NCBI GenBank assembly: GCA_039915945.1 | Contig: JBDSMH010000049.1 | Location: 5,627 to 69,626, forward strand | Origin: Acidimicrobiales bacterium | GTDB taxonomy: Bacteria; Actinomycetota; Acidimicrobiia; Acidimicrobiales; WLNW01 | Reading direction: 5' to 3' | DNA: 64,000 nt | Shown: positions 38,081 through 47,702 of the stretch, in pieces | Layout of the letters: each line of letters starts with the position of its first letter | Numbering within the stretch: the first letter of the stretch is position 1 | Notes under the pieces: generated by a model | Told to the model about the DNA's origin: nothing | What the model saw: only the letters and a program-made list of their open reading frames with translations | Databases searched by the model: none | Program-made: the position numbers and the translations under genes

Positions 38081-39598
38081 TCAGCCGCGCACGACGAGCC
38101 GTCGTCGTTGCGTTTCGTCGCGTTCGGGGAAGTCGACCCGAGAGTGGGCGCCACGACTTTCGGTGCGGGTCAACGCGGCTGCCGTAACCGCGCTCGCAAG
38201 CGTGGTGAGGTTGGCCAACTCGTTGTCATTCCCCGACGCCACGCCCGCCACGATCTCACTCGCGCGCTCGAGCGATTCGCGCGATCGCAGCACACCGACG
38301 TTGTCGGTCATGCATTGCTGAACCGAGGCGCGGTCCCCCACGACCGGTGGCGATGACGATGCTCGATCGACGCTGATCTCGACAGTCGGCCCGTTGAGGG
38401 CACGCATGGCCCCCGTAGCGTCGGCCTTCTCCTTGCCCCGATCGATCGACTCGATGACGCGGGCACCGAAGACCAACCCTTCGAGCAGTGAATTCGACGC
38501 CAGGCGGTTGGCACCGTTGATGCCAGAACAGGCCGCTTCACCGGCCGCCCACAGACCGGGCAACTCGGTGGCACCGTCGAGATCGGTGAGCACCCCACCA
38601 CAGAGATAGTGCGCCGCCGGTGCAACTGGCAGCAGATCGCGCGTCGGATCGAGGCCGGCTGCATGCAACACCGTGGTCAGCGTCGGATAGCGAGCGGCGA
38701 AGTCGGTGATGGGCCGGGCGTCGAGCCACACGAAGTCGCGACCGTCGAGCTTGGCCTGTTGCAGAATTGCGCGCGCCACGATGTCGCGCGGTTGGAGTTC
38801 GTCGACGAATCGTTCACCACCGGCGCCGCGCAGCAACGCGCCATGACCCCGGAGTGCCTCGGTCAGCAACGGCCTCGGCATGCGATCGACGGCGAGCGCC
38901 GTCGGGTGGAATTGGACGAACTCGACATCGGCCACCGCAACATCGGCACGAATGGCCATCGCGATGCCGTCACCGGTTGCCTCCGGGGGGTTGGTCGTGA
39001 TGGCGAACAGCTGGCCCGCTCCCCCCGTCGCCAACAAGGTGTTGGTGGCCCGCACCGTGCGCACGTCGCCGCCCGCGGTGAGGATTGTTGCGCCGCGGCA
39101 GCGCCCGTGTTCGATGATCAAATCCGCGGCAAAGCAATGCTCGTGCACCGCGACGGCAGCGCGCGCTGTGGATTCGACCAGCGCGCGCTCGATCTCGGCA
39201 CCGGTGGCCGCGCCACCGGCGTGCACCACGCGCGCGTGGCTGTGGCCGCCCTCGCGCGCGAGCTGGAGCGACCCGTCGGGATCGCGGTCGAACTCGGCAC
39301 CGAGTGCGATCAACTCTCTGACGCGGATCGGGCCGTCGTTGACGAGCACGCGCACCGCGTCTTCGTCGCACAGTCCCGCACCGGCGTAGAGCGTGTCATC
39401 GAGATGTTGGGCGATCGAGTCCGCCGGGATCTGACCGAGCACCGCGGCCACGCCGCCCTGTGCCCAGCCGGTGGCGGTCTGCGCGATGGTGCCCTTGGTG
39501 ATCACGCCGACGCGCACACCCCGACCCGCGGCGCGGACCGCCGCCGTGAGCCCGGCGATGCCGCTGCCGAGCACGAGGAGATCGAGGTCAGTCGTCAT
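38081..39598 (-). CDS. nadB: L-aspartate oxidase
   Basis: 505 aa. FAD motif 'VLGSGIAGLTAA', 'GGHSHARVVH', 'FVQFHPT', 'ESRGAHSR'. Confidence 0.92.
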   Translation of the reverse strand: MTTDLDLLVLGSGIAGLTAAVRAAGRGVRVGVITKGTIAQTATGWAQGGVAAVLGQIPADSIAQHLDDTLYAGAGLCDEDAVRVLVNDGPIRVRELIALGAEFDRDPDGSLQLAREGGHSHARVVHAGGAATGAEIERALVESTARAAVAVHEHCFAADLIIEHGRCRGATILTAGGDVRTVRATNTLLATGGAGQLFAITTNPPEATGDGIAMAIRADVAVADVEFVQFHPTALAVDRMPRPLLTEALRGHGALLRGAGGERFVDELQPRDIVARAILQQAKLDGRDFVWLDARPITDFAARYPTLTTVLHAAGLDPTRDLLPVAPAAHYLCGGVLTDLDGATELPGLWAAGEAACSGINGANRLASNSLLEGLVFGARVIESIDRGKEKADATGAMRALNGPTVEISVDRASSSPPVVGDRASVQQCMTDNVGVLRSRESLERASEIVAGVASGNDNELANLTTLASAVTAAALTRTESRGAHSRVDFPERDETQRRRLVVRG

Positions 39599-40461
39599 GC
39601 CGGCGCGTCGGGGTGTGCTTGCGCGCCGATGTTGTCGATGAGCCGGGCGTTCGGTAGGCGCGCCGCGATCAGCAGCCGCAACGTGCCCGCGAGCGGCGAC
39701 GGGATGATGAAGGTCGCTTCGTCGACGACCTCCGCGTAGTCGAGCTCGACGAGCGGCTCGCGCTCGACGACCGCGCGCATCGCGTTTCGCACCTGCACTG
39801 CGTCTCGCTCACCTTCTTCGATCGCGTGACGACCGGCCTGTAGTGCGCGCAACAACACCGGCGCGGCTCGCCGGGCTTCGGGCGTGAGGTTGACGTTGCG
39901 GCTCGACATCGCGAGGCCATCGGGCTCGCGGACCGTCGCGCAGCCCACGACCTCGATCGGTAGCGACAGATCGAGGACCAACCGCCGGACGACAGCCAGC
40001 TGCTGGAAGTCCTTCTCCCCGAAATACGCGCGGCAGGGACCGACGATCGAGAACAGCTTGGTGACGACAGTGGCCACGCCCGCGAAGTGCGACGGCCGCG
40101 ATGATCCTTCGAGCGGCTCGGACACGCCGGCCACGTCGACCGACGTCATGATGCGCTGCGGGTACATCTCACTCTGCGAGGGAGCGAAGACATAGCCCAC
40201 GCCCTCGTCGCTCGCCATCTGTACGTCGGCCTCGAGATCGCGCGGGTAGCGATCGAGATCTTCGGTCGGGGCGAACTGCAGCGGATTGACGAAAACCGAA
40301 ACCACGGTGGTGTCGTTCGCCGCGGCCGCCGCGCGCATCAACGAGCGGTGACCGTCGTGGAGGTAACCCATCGTCGGGACGAACCCGATCTCGCGTCGCT
40401 CGAGGCGGACGGCCGCCAGCACGGTGCGGAGATCGGCGATCGAATGCACGACCGTGGTCAC
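39595..40461 (-). CDS. panC: pantoate--beta-alanine ligase
   Basis: 288 aa. 'FVPTMGYLHDGHRSL', 'VSVFVNPLQF', 'FGEKDFQQ'. Confidence 0.92.
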   Translation of the reverse strand: MTTVVHSIADLRTVLAAVRLERREIGFVPTMGYLHDGHRSLMRAAAAANDTTVVSVFVNPLQFAPTEDLDRYPRDLEADVQMASDEGVGYVFAPSQSEMYPQRIMTSVDVAGVSEPLEGSSRPSHFAGVATVVTKLFSIVGPCRAYFGEKDFQQLAVVRRLVLDLSLPIEVVGCATVREPDGLAMSSRNVNLTPEARRAAPVLLRALQAGRHAIEEGERDAVQVRNAMRAVVEREPLVELDYAEVVDEATFIIPSPLAGTLRLLIAARLPNARLIDNIGAQAHPDAPA

Positions 40462-41195
40462 TCGTCCTCCCTCGGCGTCGTCGCGGACGAAGCCAGCGTT
40501 CTAGCCGCGTTCGACAGCACGCGATACAACGGGCGCTCGGATTCGTCGAGTGCCCGAAGGTGCGCGTCGATGGTCTCGTCGTCACCTCTCGCCGCCGGCC
40601 CGGTGAGCGCCCGTTGTGCCCCTAGGGTCTCTACCCCGTCCACCGACGCCCGGATCAGTGGGAGAAAGGCGGCGAACGGCACGGCGGCGGCAGCCGCCAA
40701 CCGCTCGACTTGCCCGAGCAGGACCACCAGATGGTTGGACGCCACCGATGCAGCCGCGTGATAGAGGGCTCGGTCGTCGTCCGCCACGACGAACGAACGA
40801 CCGTCGAGCGCCTCGACCATCTCGGTCGCGACCGCGTCGCCCGCGACCGCGAACCATCCGCCCCGCAGACGCGTCGCGCCGGTGTGCATGTCGGGCAGGG
40901 TCATCAGTGCGTGCACCGACGCACGGCGGGCGTGGGGCGCGAGCACGTCGAGTCCGCACGCACCCGACAGGTGCACGATCGCCGTATTGGCCACCGGCCG
41001 TATCAAGCCGGCCACCTCGGCGATGGCGCGATCAGGCGTCGCGACGATGACCATGTCGACGTCGCGCGCCGCGTCGTCGAGGGTCATCCCCCGACCGAAG
41101 ACGCCGTCGAGATGCCAACCGACAGCCTGCAGCGCTGCGGCGAACGATCCGCCGGCGCGGCCGAGCCCCACCACGCGAAACGATCGCGGTGTCAC
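40458..41195 (-). CDS. Rossmann-like plus DUF2520 domain protein (putative ketopantoate-reductase-type oxidoreductase)
   Basis: 245 aa. 'VVGLGRAGGSFA', 'VATPDRAI', 'YHAAASVASNHL', 'LTGPAARGD'. It sits between folK and panC, as in other actinobacteria. Confidence 0.7.
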   Translation of the reverse strand: MTPRSFRVVGLGRAGGSFAAALQAVGWHLDGVFGRGMTLDDAARDVDMVIVATPDRAIAEVAGLIRPVANTAIVHLSGACGLDVLAPHARRASVHALMTLPDMHTGATRLRGGWFAVAGDAVATEMVEALDGRSFVVADDDRALYHAAASVASNHLVVLLGQVERLAAAAAVPFAAFLPLIRASVDGVETLGAQRALTGPAARGDDETIDAHLRALDESERPLYRVLSNAARTLASSATTPREDE

Positions 41196-41641
41196 AGTGG
41201 ACCGAGCACCCGCACTTCGTCGTCGTCGGGATCGACGAACGATGGCGAGATGAGATCGGCCGCTACGTCGCGCAGTGGCATCAACACGAAGGCCCGCTCG
41301 AACATCCTCGGGTGGGGCACGACGAGATCAGGTTCGTCGACCGTTTGCCCGTCGACCCACAACACGTCGACGTCGAGCGTGCGCGGACCCCACCGGACAG
41401 TGCGCACGCGTCGCGCCTCGGCCTCGCGCTCGCGACAGATCTCGAGCAGCTCCCGCGGCGAACACTCGGTCTCGAGGCACACCACCACGTTGAGATACGC
41501 GCCTTGGTCGGGCCCACCGACCGGCGCCGTTTCGTAGACACGCGAGACCGCGACGACGTCGGGGATGGCGGCGATCGCATCACGGAGATGCCGTCGTCGA
41601 TCACCCAGGTTGGAGCCCAAGCCCAGAAAGGCGCGCGCCAC
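41192..41641 (-). CDS. folK: 2-amino-4-hydroxy-6-hydroxymethyldihydropteridine diphosphokinase
   Basis: 149 aa. 'FLGLGSNLGD', 'WGPRTLDVDVL', 'VPHPRMFERAFVL'. Confidence 0.9.
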   Translation of the reverse strand: MARAFLGLGSNLGDRRRHLRDAIAAIPDVVAVSRVYETAPVGGPDQGAYLNVVVCLETECSPRELLEICREREAEARRVRTVRWGPRTLDVDVLWVDGQTVDEPDLVVPHPRMFERAFVLMPLRDVAADLISPSFVDPDDDEVRVLGPL

Positions 41642-41644
41642 GCG

Positions 41645-42025
41645 TCAACTCTTCGTGCGGTGGATACACACGCCACTCGTCGACAAGTGCTGCGGCACCG
41701 GGGGTCGCAGCTTGCGGACGTTGACCTTCACCGCCGTCACCAACGGGGTCGACAGCACGACCTCGGCGACGCGTGCGGCAAAGCGTTCGAGCAGCGAATA
41801 CTGCTCATCACGCGCGAGGTCGTCGATGCGCTGGCACAGTGCCCCGTAGTCGACGGTGTCGTCGAGCGCATCGGTCGTGCCGGCCTTTGCCAGATCGACG
41901 AAGACGTCGACATCGATCTCGAACGGCTGGCGACGGGTGCGCTCTTCGGGCAGGACACCGCACAGCGCCATCACCCGCAAGCCCCGCAGCTCGACCCGGT
42001 CATCGCGATGACTCGCGTTCGTCAC
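41645..42025 (-). CDS. folB: dihydroneopterin aldolase
   Basis: 126 aa. 'DRVELRGLRVMALCGVLPEER...QPFEIDVDV', 'DYGALCQ'. Confidence 0.88.
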   Translation of the reverse strand: MTNASHRDDRVELRGLRVMALCGVLPEERTRRQPFEIDVDVFVDLAKAGTTDALDDTVDYGALCQRIDDLARDEQYSLLERFAARVAEVVLSTPLVTAVKVNVRKLRPPVPQHLSTSGVCIHRTKS

Positions 42026-42591
42026 GAGGCCTCGCCGTTGACCGGCAGCGAAAGCCCGTCAGCGCTGATTGCATCGGAGCTGAGCGGATCGGCACCACGA
42101 AGCGCGCCGGCCAACGTCACGATCTCGCGACCCGCCGGGCCGAGCTGGCGTTGCGTGATGTGCTCGATGATGGTCGTGACCTCAGGACCCGACGAGACCA
42201 GCCCCGCCCACAGCAGGTAGCCGGCAATGAACCCGATCACGTGATCGCCGAGCTCTTCTCGATGCACGATCAGCTTGTGGTTCGCCTGGAGGAAACGCCG
42301 TGTCTCTTCGAACAGCGCGTGCAGTAAGTCGGCGCCGTCATCCGCACCGTCGAACGGCCAATGGCGCCACGACACACCGAGCTCGTCGTAGTTGTGGAGG
42401 TTGTGCGGCAGCGGACTGAGCGAGATGACACAGTTGAAGCGCTGCTCGCGTATCCAGATGATCTCTTCTTGGCGGCGCACCCGACGATGGTTGGTGCCGT
42501 ACCCGCCGGGTCGCTCACAGATCGCGATCTTGTTCTTCAGTACCCACGTGAAATGCCGCGGAGGTATACCGAGTGCCCATTTGCCTCTCAT
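42022..42591 (-). CDS. dual-specificity-phosphatase-fold protein lacking the catalytic Cys/Arg (pseudophosphatase-like)
   Basis: 189 aa from the ATG at 42591 (the longest ORF starts at 42645). DSP-like layout: 'IAICERPGG', 'NCVISL', 'WRHWPFDGADD'. The P-loop position reads 'VHREELGDH' instead of 'VHCxxGxxR'. Confidence 0.55.
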   Translation of the reverse strand: MRGKWALGIPPRHFTWVLKNKIAICERPGGYGTNHRRVRRQEEIIWIREQRFNCVISLSPLPHNLHNYDELGVSWRHWPFDGADDGADLLHALFEETRRFLQANHKLIVHREELGDHVIGFIAGYLLWAGLVSSGPEVTTIIEHITQRQLGPAGREIVTLAGALRGADPLSSDAISADGLSLPVNGEAS

Positions 42592-42628
42592 GTATGCCCG
42601 CCCTGCTGCCCGCGTTCCATCAGATACC

Positions 42629-43435
42629 TCACACCGCTGCCGCAACCACTCGGGCGGCGTGAACAGTCATCCGTACGTCGTGCACTCGCACCATTGTCGC
42701 GCCGCCGATGATCGCCGTCGTCGTCGCAGCCAGAGATCCTTCGCGACGATCGTCGCTGTCGACGCGCTCGACACGGTCGCTGGCCGCCAGCAACTCGCCC
42801 AAGAATCGTTTGCGGCTGGCACCGACGCAGACCGGATAGCCGAGCGCCACCACCGAGTCGAGATGGGCCAACAGTTCGAGATTGTGGGCGGTCGTCTTGC
42901 CGAAACCGATGCCCGGATCGAGCCAGATCTCGCCGACACCGACACGCTCTGCCCTCACCGCCGCGTCCGCGAGGTGGCGGCACACCTCGCCGACGACATC
43001 GTCGTAGTGCGCCTGGCCTTGCATCGACTTGGGGTCGCCTTTGCGGTGCATTGCGATCCAGCCGACGGCCAACTCGGCGGCAACGTCTTCGAGCGACGCC
43101 GACACGTCGTTGATGAGCGAGGCGCCCGCAGCGACCGCCGCGCGCGCTACCTGCGCCTTGGTGGTGTCGATCGACAGCCGCACACCGAGCGGAGCCAATC
43201 CTTGGATCACCGGTAGCACGCGCGCGAGTTCGGTCTCGGCATCGACCGCATCGGCGCCCGGGCGAGTCGACTCGCCCCCGATGTCGAGGACGTCCGCGCC
43301 CTCCGCCGCCAGTTGACGACCATGTTCGATCGCGGCCGCAGCCGAGTAGTAGCGCCCGCCGTCGGAGAACGAATCGGGCGTCACGTTGACGATTCCCATG
43401 ACCAACGGGTGCACGCTGCGCAGCGTAGTAGCCAA
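42629..43435 (-). CDS. folP: dihydropteroate synthase
   Basis: 268 aa. 'MGIVNVTPDSFSDGG', 'DIGGESTRPG', 'SIDT', 'DPGIGFGKT'. Confidence 0.93.
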   Translation of the reverse strand: MATTLRSVHPLVMGIVNVTPDSFSDGGRYYSAAAAIEHGRQLAAEGADVLDIGGESTRPGADAVDAETELARVLPVIQGLAPLGVRLSIDTTKAQVARAAVAAGASLINDVSASLEDVAAELAVGWIAMHRKGDPKSMQGQAHYDDVVGEVCRHLADAAVRAERVGVGEIWLDPGIGFGKTTAHNLELLAHLDSVVALGYPVCVGASRKRFLGELLAASDRVERVDSDDRREGSLAATTTAIIGGATMVRVHDVRMTVHAARVVAAAV

Positions 43436-43493
43436 AAGACGGCAATACCGCGGGTCGCGCGCGCCCGAGCGTCGCCCTCAGCGGACAACGCGC

Positions 43494-44087
43494 TCAGTTG
43501 CGGGTGAGGAAGCGCATGACTTCGGCGCGCGACGCGACGCTGTCGCGGAAGAGCCCGTGGACCGCGGACGTCACCGTCGACGCTCCTGGCTTGCGGATGC
43601 CGCGCATCGACATGCAGAGGTGCTCGGCTTCGATCACCACGAGTACCGCCTGCGGCTTGAGGGTGTCGTCGATGGCTTGAGCCACCTGCTTGGTCAGCCG
43701 TTCTTGCACCTGGGGCCGCCGCGCGTAGGAGTCGACCAACCGCGCCAACTTCGACAGACCCGTGATCTTGCCTTCGCCGTTGGGGATGTACGCGACGTGG
43801 GCCTTGCCCATGAACGGCACCAGATGGTGCTCGCACAACGAGTACAGCGGGATGTCGCGGACCATCACCATCTCGTCGTGGTCGGCTTCGAAGGTCTTTT
43901 GCAAGTGGATGGTGGGGTCCTCCCGCAGGCCCGAGCACACCTCCGCGTAAAAGCGAGCGACCCGGGCCGGCGTGTCGAGGAGACCGTCACGGTCGACGTC
44001 TTCGCCGATGGCTTCGAGGATTTCCTTGACTGCTCGCTCGATCTTGGCCATCGCCTCGGGGGGCAGTTCCGGTACGGCGGGTGTCAT
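43494..44087 (-). CDS. folE: GTP cyclohydrolase I
   Basis: 197 aa. '[21 protein letters not shown]', 'ERLTKQVA', '[12 protein letters not shown]'. Confidence 0.93.
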   Translation of the reverse strand: MTPAVPELPPEAMAKIERAVKEILEAIGEDVDRDGLLDTPARVARFYAEVCSGLREDPTIHLQKTFEADHDEMVMVRDIPLYSLCEHHLVPFMGKAHVAYIPNGEGKITGLSKLARLVDSYARRPQVQERLTKQVAQAIDDTLKPQAVLVVIEAEHLCMSMRGIRKPGASTVTSAVHGLFRDSVASRAEVMRFLTRN

Positions 44088-44096
44088 TCCGTTCTC

Positions 44097-44681
44097 CTAG
44101 CGTGAGGTTGATCCCTCGGCCACGCCCGTGGCCGGGGGCAGATACGCGCAGATGTCGCTGACGTTGCGGAATCGCTCGCCCGCGTCGAGGCCGTAGCCCA
44201 CCACGAACTCGTCACCAATCGTGAATCCGATGTAGCGGACCTCGTCGGCCAGCTTGGGATTCTTCTGGCGAGCGGCCCGCGAGAGCAGCGCGCACACCTC
44301 GAGGCTGGCCGGGTTGCGAGCCAACAGATTGCGCCGCAGGTACGACAACGTCAGCCCGCTGTCGACGACGTCTTCGACGATCAGGACGTCACGCCCGCCG
44401 AGATCGATGTCGAGGTCCTTGACGATGCGGACCACGCCGCTGGTGCGGGTGGAGTTGCCGTAGGACGACACGGCCATGAAGTCGACTTCGAGCGGACGAT
44501 CGATCGTCCGCGCGAGATCGCCCATGAACATGAACGCGCCCTTGAGGACACAGACGAGCAGCGGACTGCGCCCCTCGTAGTCACGCGTGATCTCGGCGCC
44601 GAGCTCGTGCACCCGCGCTTGCACCTGCTCGTGGCTGATGAGGACTGTGCCCAACTCGGGGGCTGTTGCGCGCCAGTTCAT
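44097..44681 (-). CDS. hpt: hypoxanthine phosphoribosyltransferase
   Basis: 194 aa from the ATG at 44681. PRPP motif 'VLIVEDVVDSGLTL', 'VLKGAFMFMGDL', 'FVVGYGLD'. Confidence 0.9.
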   Translation of the reverse strand: MNWRATAPELGTVLISHEQVQARVHELGAEITRDYEGRSPLLVCVLKGAFMFMGDLARTIDRPLEVDFMAVSSYGNSTRTSGVVRIVKDLDIDLGGRDVLIVEDVVDSGLTLSYLRRNLLARNPASLEVCALLSRAARQKNPKLADEVRYIGFTIGDEFVVGYGLDAGERFRNVSDICAYLPPATGVAEGSTSR

Positions 44682-44692
44682 GGTGGGTGACC

Positions 44693-45661
44693 CTATCGAG
44701 CCGTCGTCACGTGCAGGCGATTGTGCGACCGCGCGACGCGCCATCCGCCCTCGATCTCGGTCGCGACCGCCGCACCCCGTGCGACATCGAGTACCCGGTC
44801 GAGCGCGGCGGCGCTGGGCGGATGCTCGCTGCCGGTCTCTGCCCGCAACCACCGTCGGGCGGCCCACCGTGCCAGTGCGACCGGCGCCGCGGCGAGGGCG
44901 CGAGCGTCGCCCGCGTCGAGCGCATCGGTGAGTGCATCGAGCGCGTCGACCGCATCGGCGGCCAGGGCGCCCTGCCGGCACAGCACGGGCACGAGATCGC
45001 GTGCGGCGATGTCGTCGAGCAACGGCAGCAACTCGTGACGGATGCGCACACGCGTGAACGAAGGATCGTGATTCATCGGATCGTCGATGGCCTCGAGGTC
45101 GAGCGCGGCGCACAGTTCGTGGGTCTCGTGGCGGCGTAGATCGAGCAACGGGCGGCGCGCCCCGCTTGTAGAACCCTCGCGGCGCATTCCTGTGAGGCCG
45201 CCCACACCCGCGCCGCGCAGCATGTTGATGAGGATCGTCTCGGCTTGATCGTCGGCCGTATGGCCGAGCAGAACATCGTCGGGCAGCGCGTCGTAGCGAG
45301 CCGCCCGGGCCCGCGCTTCGAGATTGGGCCCGGCGGCCAACTCGATGCGCTCGCTGCGGAATCGCGCGCCGAAGCGAGCCGCCGCGGCAGCGACGATGTC
45401 GGCTTCACCGGCGGAACCCGCGCGCAGTCCGTGATCGACATGGATCGCCGTCACCGAACACCCCGCGGCGACCGCCAGCACCAGAAGGGCCAACGAATCC
45501 GCGCCACCGGAGACGGCACAGTTCACCGCAGTGCCGGCCGGAGGAAACGAGCAGCGAGCGAGCAGCGCCGCTACACGGGAATCGGGCTCGTGACTCGGTC
45601 GATCCATAGCTGCGGTTGTCGAATCTCGAGGATCGTCGGTAGGTGGTCGGGCGATTGCCAT
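44693..45661 (-). CDS. tilS: tRNA(Ile)-lysidine synthetase
   Basis: PP-loop 'AVSGGADSLAL', 'HVDHGLR', 'GHTADDQAET'. The start is uncertain because the longest ORF overlaps the upstream gene by 91 nt. Confidence 0.85.
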   Translation of the reverse strand: MAIARPPTDDPRDSTTAAMDRPSHEPDSRVAALLARCSFPPAGTAVNCAVSGGADSLALLVLAVAAGCSVTAIHVDHGLRAGSAGEADIVAAAAARFGARFRSERIELAAGPNLEARARAARYDALPDDVLLGHTADDQAETILINMLRGAGVGGLTGMRREGSTSGARRPLLDLRRHETHELCAALDLEAIDDPMNHDPSFTRVRIRHELLPLLDDIAARDLVPVLCRQGALAADAVDALDALTDALDAGDARALAAAPVALARWAARRWLRAETGSEHPPSAAALDRVLDVARGAAVATEIEGGWRVARSHNRLHVTTAR

Positions 45662-46641
45662 GCCGTGTCGAGCAAGGTGGATCCGCCGGCCGTCTCGACC
45701 GCCAGGATGAACTGCTCGCCTTGCGCGTATTGCTGCATTTTGGCGTCGAGACCGACGAGACGTTGCAACAATTTGACGAGACCGCGAGTCTCTTGGCGCC
45801 GTTGCTTGAGCACACGCGAAAATCGCGGGGCACTGGGGATCAGGTCCGCGCCCGCGCGGTCCATGGTGATATCGCCGTGGCCCTCGAGAAGGCTCATCAT
45901 GCCGCCGATGCGTTCGAGCGCAGCGCGCTGTTCGGGGGTTGCGAGCAGACCCATCACGCCGCCGTCGGCCATGGGGTCTTCGCCGGCCTTCTTCTTTTCT
46001 CGCACGGTGTGAAAGGCGTCGACCAGTCGTTGGGTGTCAGGCTCGACGTTTTCGAGTAGTTGATCGACGAGCGACAAGAAGTGCTGACGCAACCACGGCA
46101 CGCCGGTGAACTGCGCGCGATGCGTGGTCTCGTGCAGCGCCAGCCACAGCCGGAACTCGCGCGGTGGGAACGCATAGCGGCGCTCCATCGCGGCCACGTT
46201 GGGACCGACGTAGTACACGATGTCCTGCAGGTGCGGGTCTTCTTCTTCGACGACGAGAAGGTCGTACTGACCCAGCACACGCGTCGACATCCAACCGAGC
46301 ATCACACCGAGCTCGATGCCGCTGACGCGCCGAGCAACCGGCGAGAGGCGGCTGCCGCTGACCTTTGGTTCCATTTTTTCGAGCAGAGGCCGCAGCAATC
46401 GACGGAACGACGCGACGTTCGCGTCGACCCACATCGCCCGATCGGCCACTTGGGCCCGGGCCGGCCCGGCCAACGAACGAAGGCCGGTTTCGGCGGCGAC
46501 GAGCTCTTCGGCTTGCGCAGTCAGTTCGGCGAAGTCCGATTCGAGCGTTGGATCATTGCGAGCGGCGTGGGCGAAGGGCTTGCGGGCACCGGCGCGCGTC
46601 GCCACCTTGCGGGCGAGCTCCCAATCGACAGTGGACGCCAC
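45571..46641 (-). CDS. zinc-dependent metalloprotease (DUF2342 / TIGR03624-type)
   Basis: 356 aa. 'LALHETTHRAQF' (HExxH). 'VDWELARKVA' N-terminus typical of this family. GTG start. Confidence 0.75.
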   Translation of the reverse strand: MASTVDWELARKVATRAGARKPFAHAARNDPTLESDFAELTAQAEELVAAETGLRSLAGPARAQVADRAMWVDANVASFRRLLRPLLEKMEPKVSGSRLSPVARRVSGIELGVMLGWMSTRVLGQYDLLVVEEEDPHLQDIVYYVGPNVAAMERRYAFPPREFRLWLALHETTHRAQFTGVPWLRQHFLSLVDQLLENVEPDTQRLVDAFHTVREKKKAGEDPMADGGVMGLLATPEQRAALERIGGMMSLLEGHGDITMDRAGADLIPSAPRFSRVLKQRRQETRGLVKLLQRLVGLDAKMQQYAQGEQFILAVETAGGSTLLDTAWQSPDHLPTILEIRQPQLWIDRVTSPIPV

Positions 46642-46652
46642 GTCGGGCCGAA

Positions 46653-46790
46653 CTACTGCTGCTTCTTGGGATAACGCTGCGAACTCACCTGCTTGAAGTA
46701 CCCGACAACGGTGGCGAGGAGACCCAACACCGCCATCGCGGTCAGCGGGACAGCCAGCCAGTAGTGCCAGACGACGGCAGCAAGACTCAT
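46653..46790 (-). CDS. possible 45-aa single-TM micro-protein
   Basis: ATG at 46790. 'MSLAAVVWHYWLAVPLTAMAVLGLLATVVGYFKQVSSQRYPKKQQ'. It fills the gap between rsrA and the metalloprotease. No SD. Confidence 0.3.
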   Translation of the reverse strand: MSLAAVVWHYWLAVPLTAMAVLGLLATVVGYFKQVSSQRYPKKQQ

Positions 46791-46804
46791 GGGCAGCAGG
46801 ATAG

Positions 46805-47056
46805 TCAGTCTTGCTCGGTCTCCATCAGCCGGGCGATGCGCAGCCGCAGCGCCTCGGGTACCCGGTCCTGCACCCGGCACACGATCACCTGGCGCAACTC
46901 GACCTCGAAGTCGAAGGCCCCCAGACACGTCGTACAGCCATCGAGGTGGGCCTTGATCAGCGCCCGTCGATCGTCGGTGAGTTCACCGTCGAGGAAGTGG
47001 TAGAGGACCTGAAGTGCGTCCTCACACGGATCGGACATGCGGGAGGGTTCGGTCAT
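46805..47056 (-). CDS. rsrA: zinc-associated anti-sigma factor (RsrA/RshA type)
   Basis: 83 aa. ZAS motif 'HLDGCTTC' plus an upstream Cys ('DPCEDAL'). It lies immediately downstream of the ECF sigma gene. Confidence 0.85.
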   Translation of the reverse strand: MTEPSRMSDPCEDALQVLYHFLDGELTDDRRALIKAHLDGCTTCLGAFDFEVELRQVIVCRVQDRVPEALRLRIARLMETEQD

Positions 47057-47069
47057 AGGGAGGGGTCCA

Positions 47070-47651
47070 TCAATCGTCGCTAGCGCCGTCGACGCTCGTC
47101 AAATGCCGTGACTTCGCGAACTCGTACAACTGCCGTTGTAGCGCCTTTCTTCCCCGATGCAGCCGACTCATGACCGTGCCGATGGGAATATCCAGGATTT
47201 CGGCGATCTCCTTGTAGGAAAAGCCCTCGACATCGGACAGCAGGACCGCCATGCGGAACTGCTCGGGCAGCGATTCGACGGCCTCTTTGACCTCGGCATC
47301 GCTGAACCAGTCGAGCAACTCGTCTTCGGCGCTGCGACCAGCGGCAGCGGCCTCGAGCCCACCCAGGCGGCGGTAGAGGTAGAGATCCTCGATCTCGTCG
47401 ATATCGGTCTCGTCGGGGCGCCGTTTCTTGGATCGGTAACTGTTGATGAACGTGTTGGTCAAGATGCGATAGAGCCACGCCCGCAAATTGGTGCCCTCTT
47501 CGAAACCCCCGTAGGCGCGGTAGGCCTTGAGATAGGTCTCCTGGACCAGATCTTCGGCATCGGCGGGGTTGTGCGTCAGGCGCAGGGCGGCCGTATACAG
47601 CGCGTCCATGTACTGCATGGCCTGATCGCTGAACTTCGTCTTGTCGGCCAT
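47070..47651 (-). CDS. sigH: ECF sigma factor, SigH/SigR group
   Basis: 193 aa from the ATG at 47651. Region 2 '[17 protein letters not shown]...[16 protein letters not shown]' and region 4 '[25 protein letters not shown]'. The longer ORF runs into a tRNA gene. Confidence 0.88.
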   Translation of the reverse strand: MADKTKFSDQAMQYMDALYTAALRLTHNPADAEDLVQETYLKAYRAYGGFEEGTNLRAWLYRILTNTFINSYRSKKRRPDETDIDEIEDLYLYRRLGGLEAAAAGRSAEDELLDWFSDAEVKEAVESLPEQFRMAVLLSDVEGFSYKEIAEILDIPIGTVMSRLHRGRKALQRQLYEFAKSRHLTSVDGASDD

Positions 47652-47702
47652 CGGCGCCTGATCTATCACATGGGCGGCGGATTTCGACCACAGAGAGCGA
47701 TA

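Noticed and set aside
47652-47702. A SigH/SigR-type autoregulatory promoter (GGAAT-N18-GTT) upstream of sigH.
   Set aside because: I found no acceptable match in the 51 nt between the tRNA and the start codon. The promoter may lie elsewhere.
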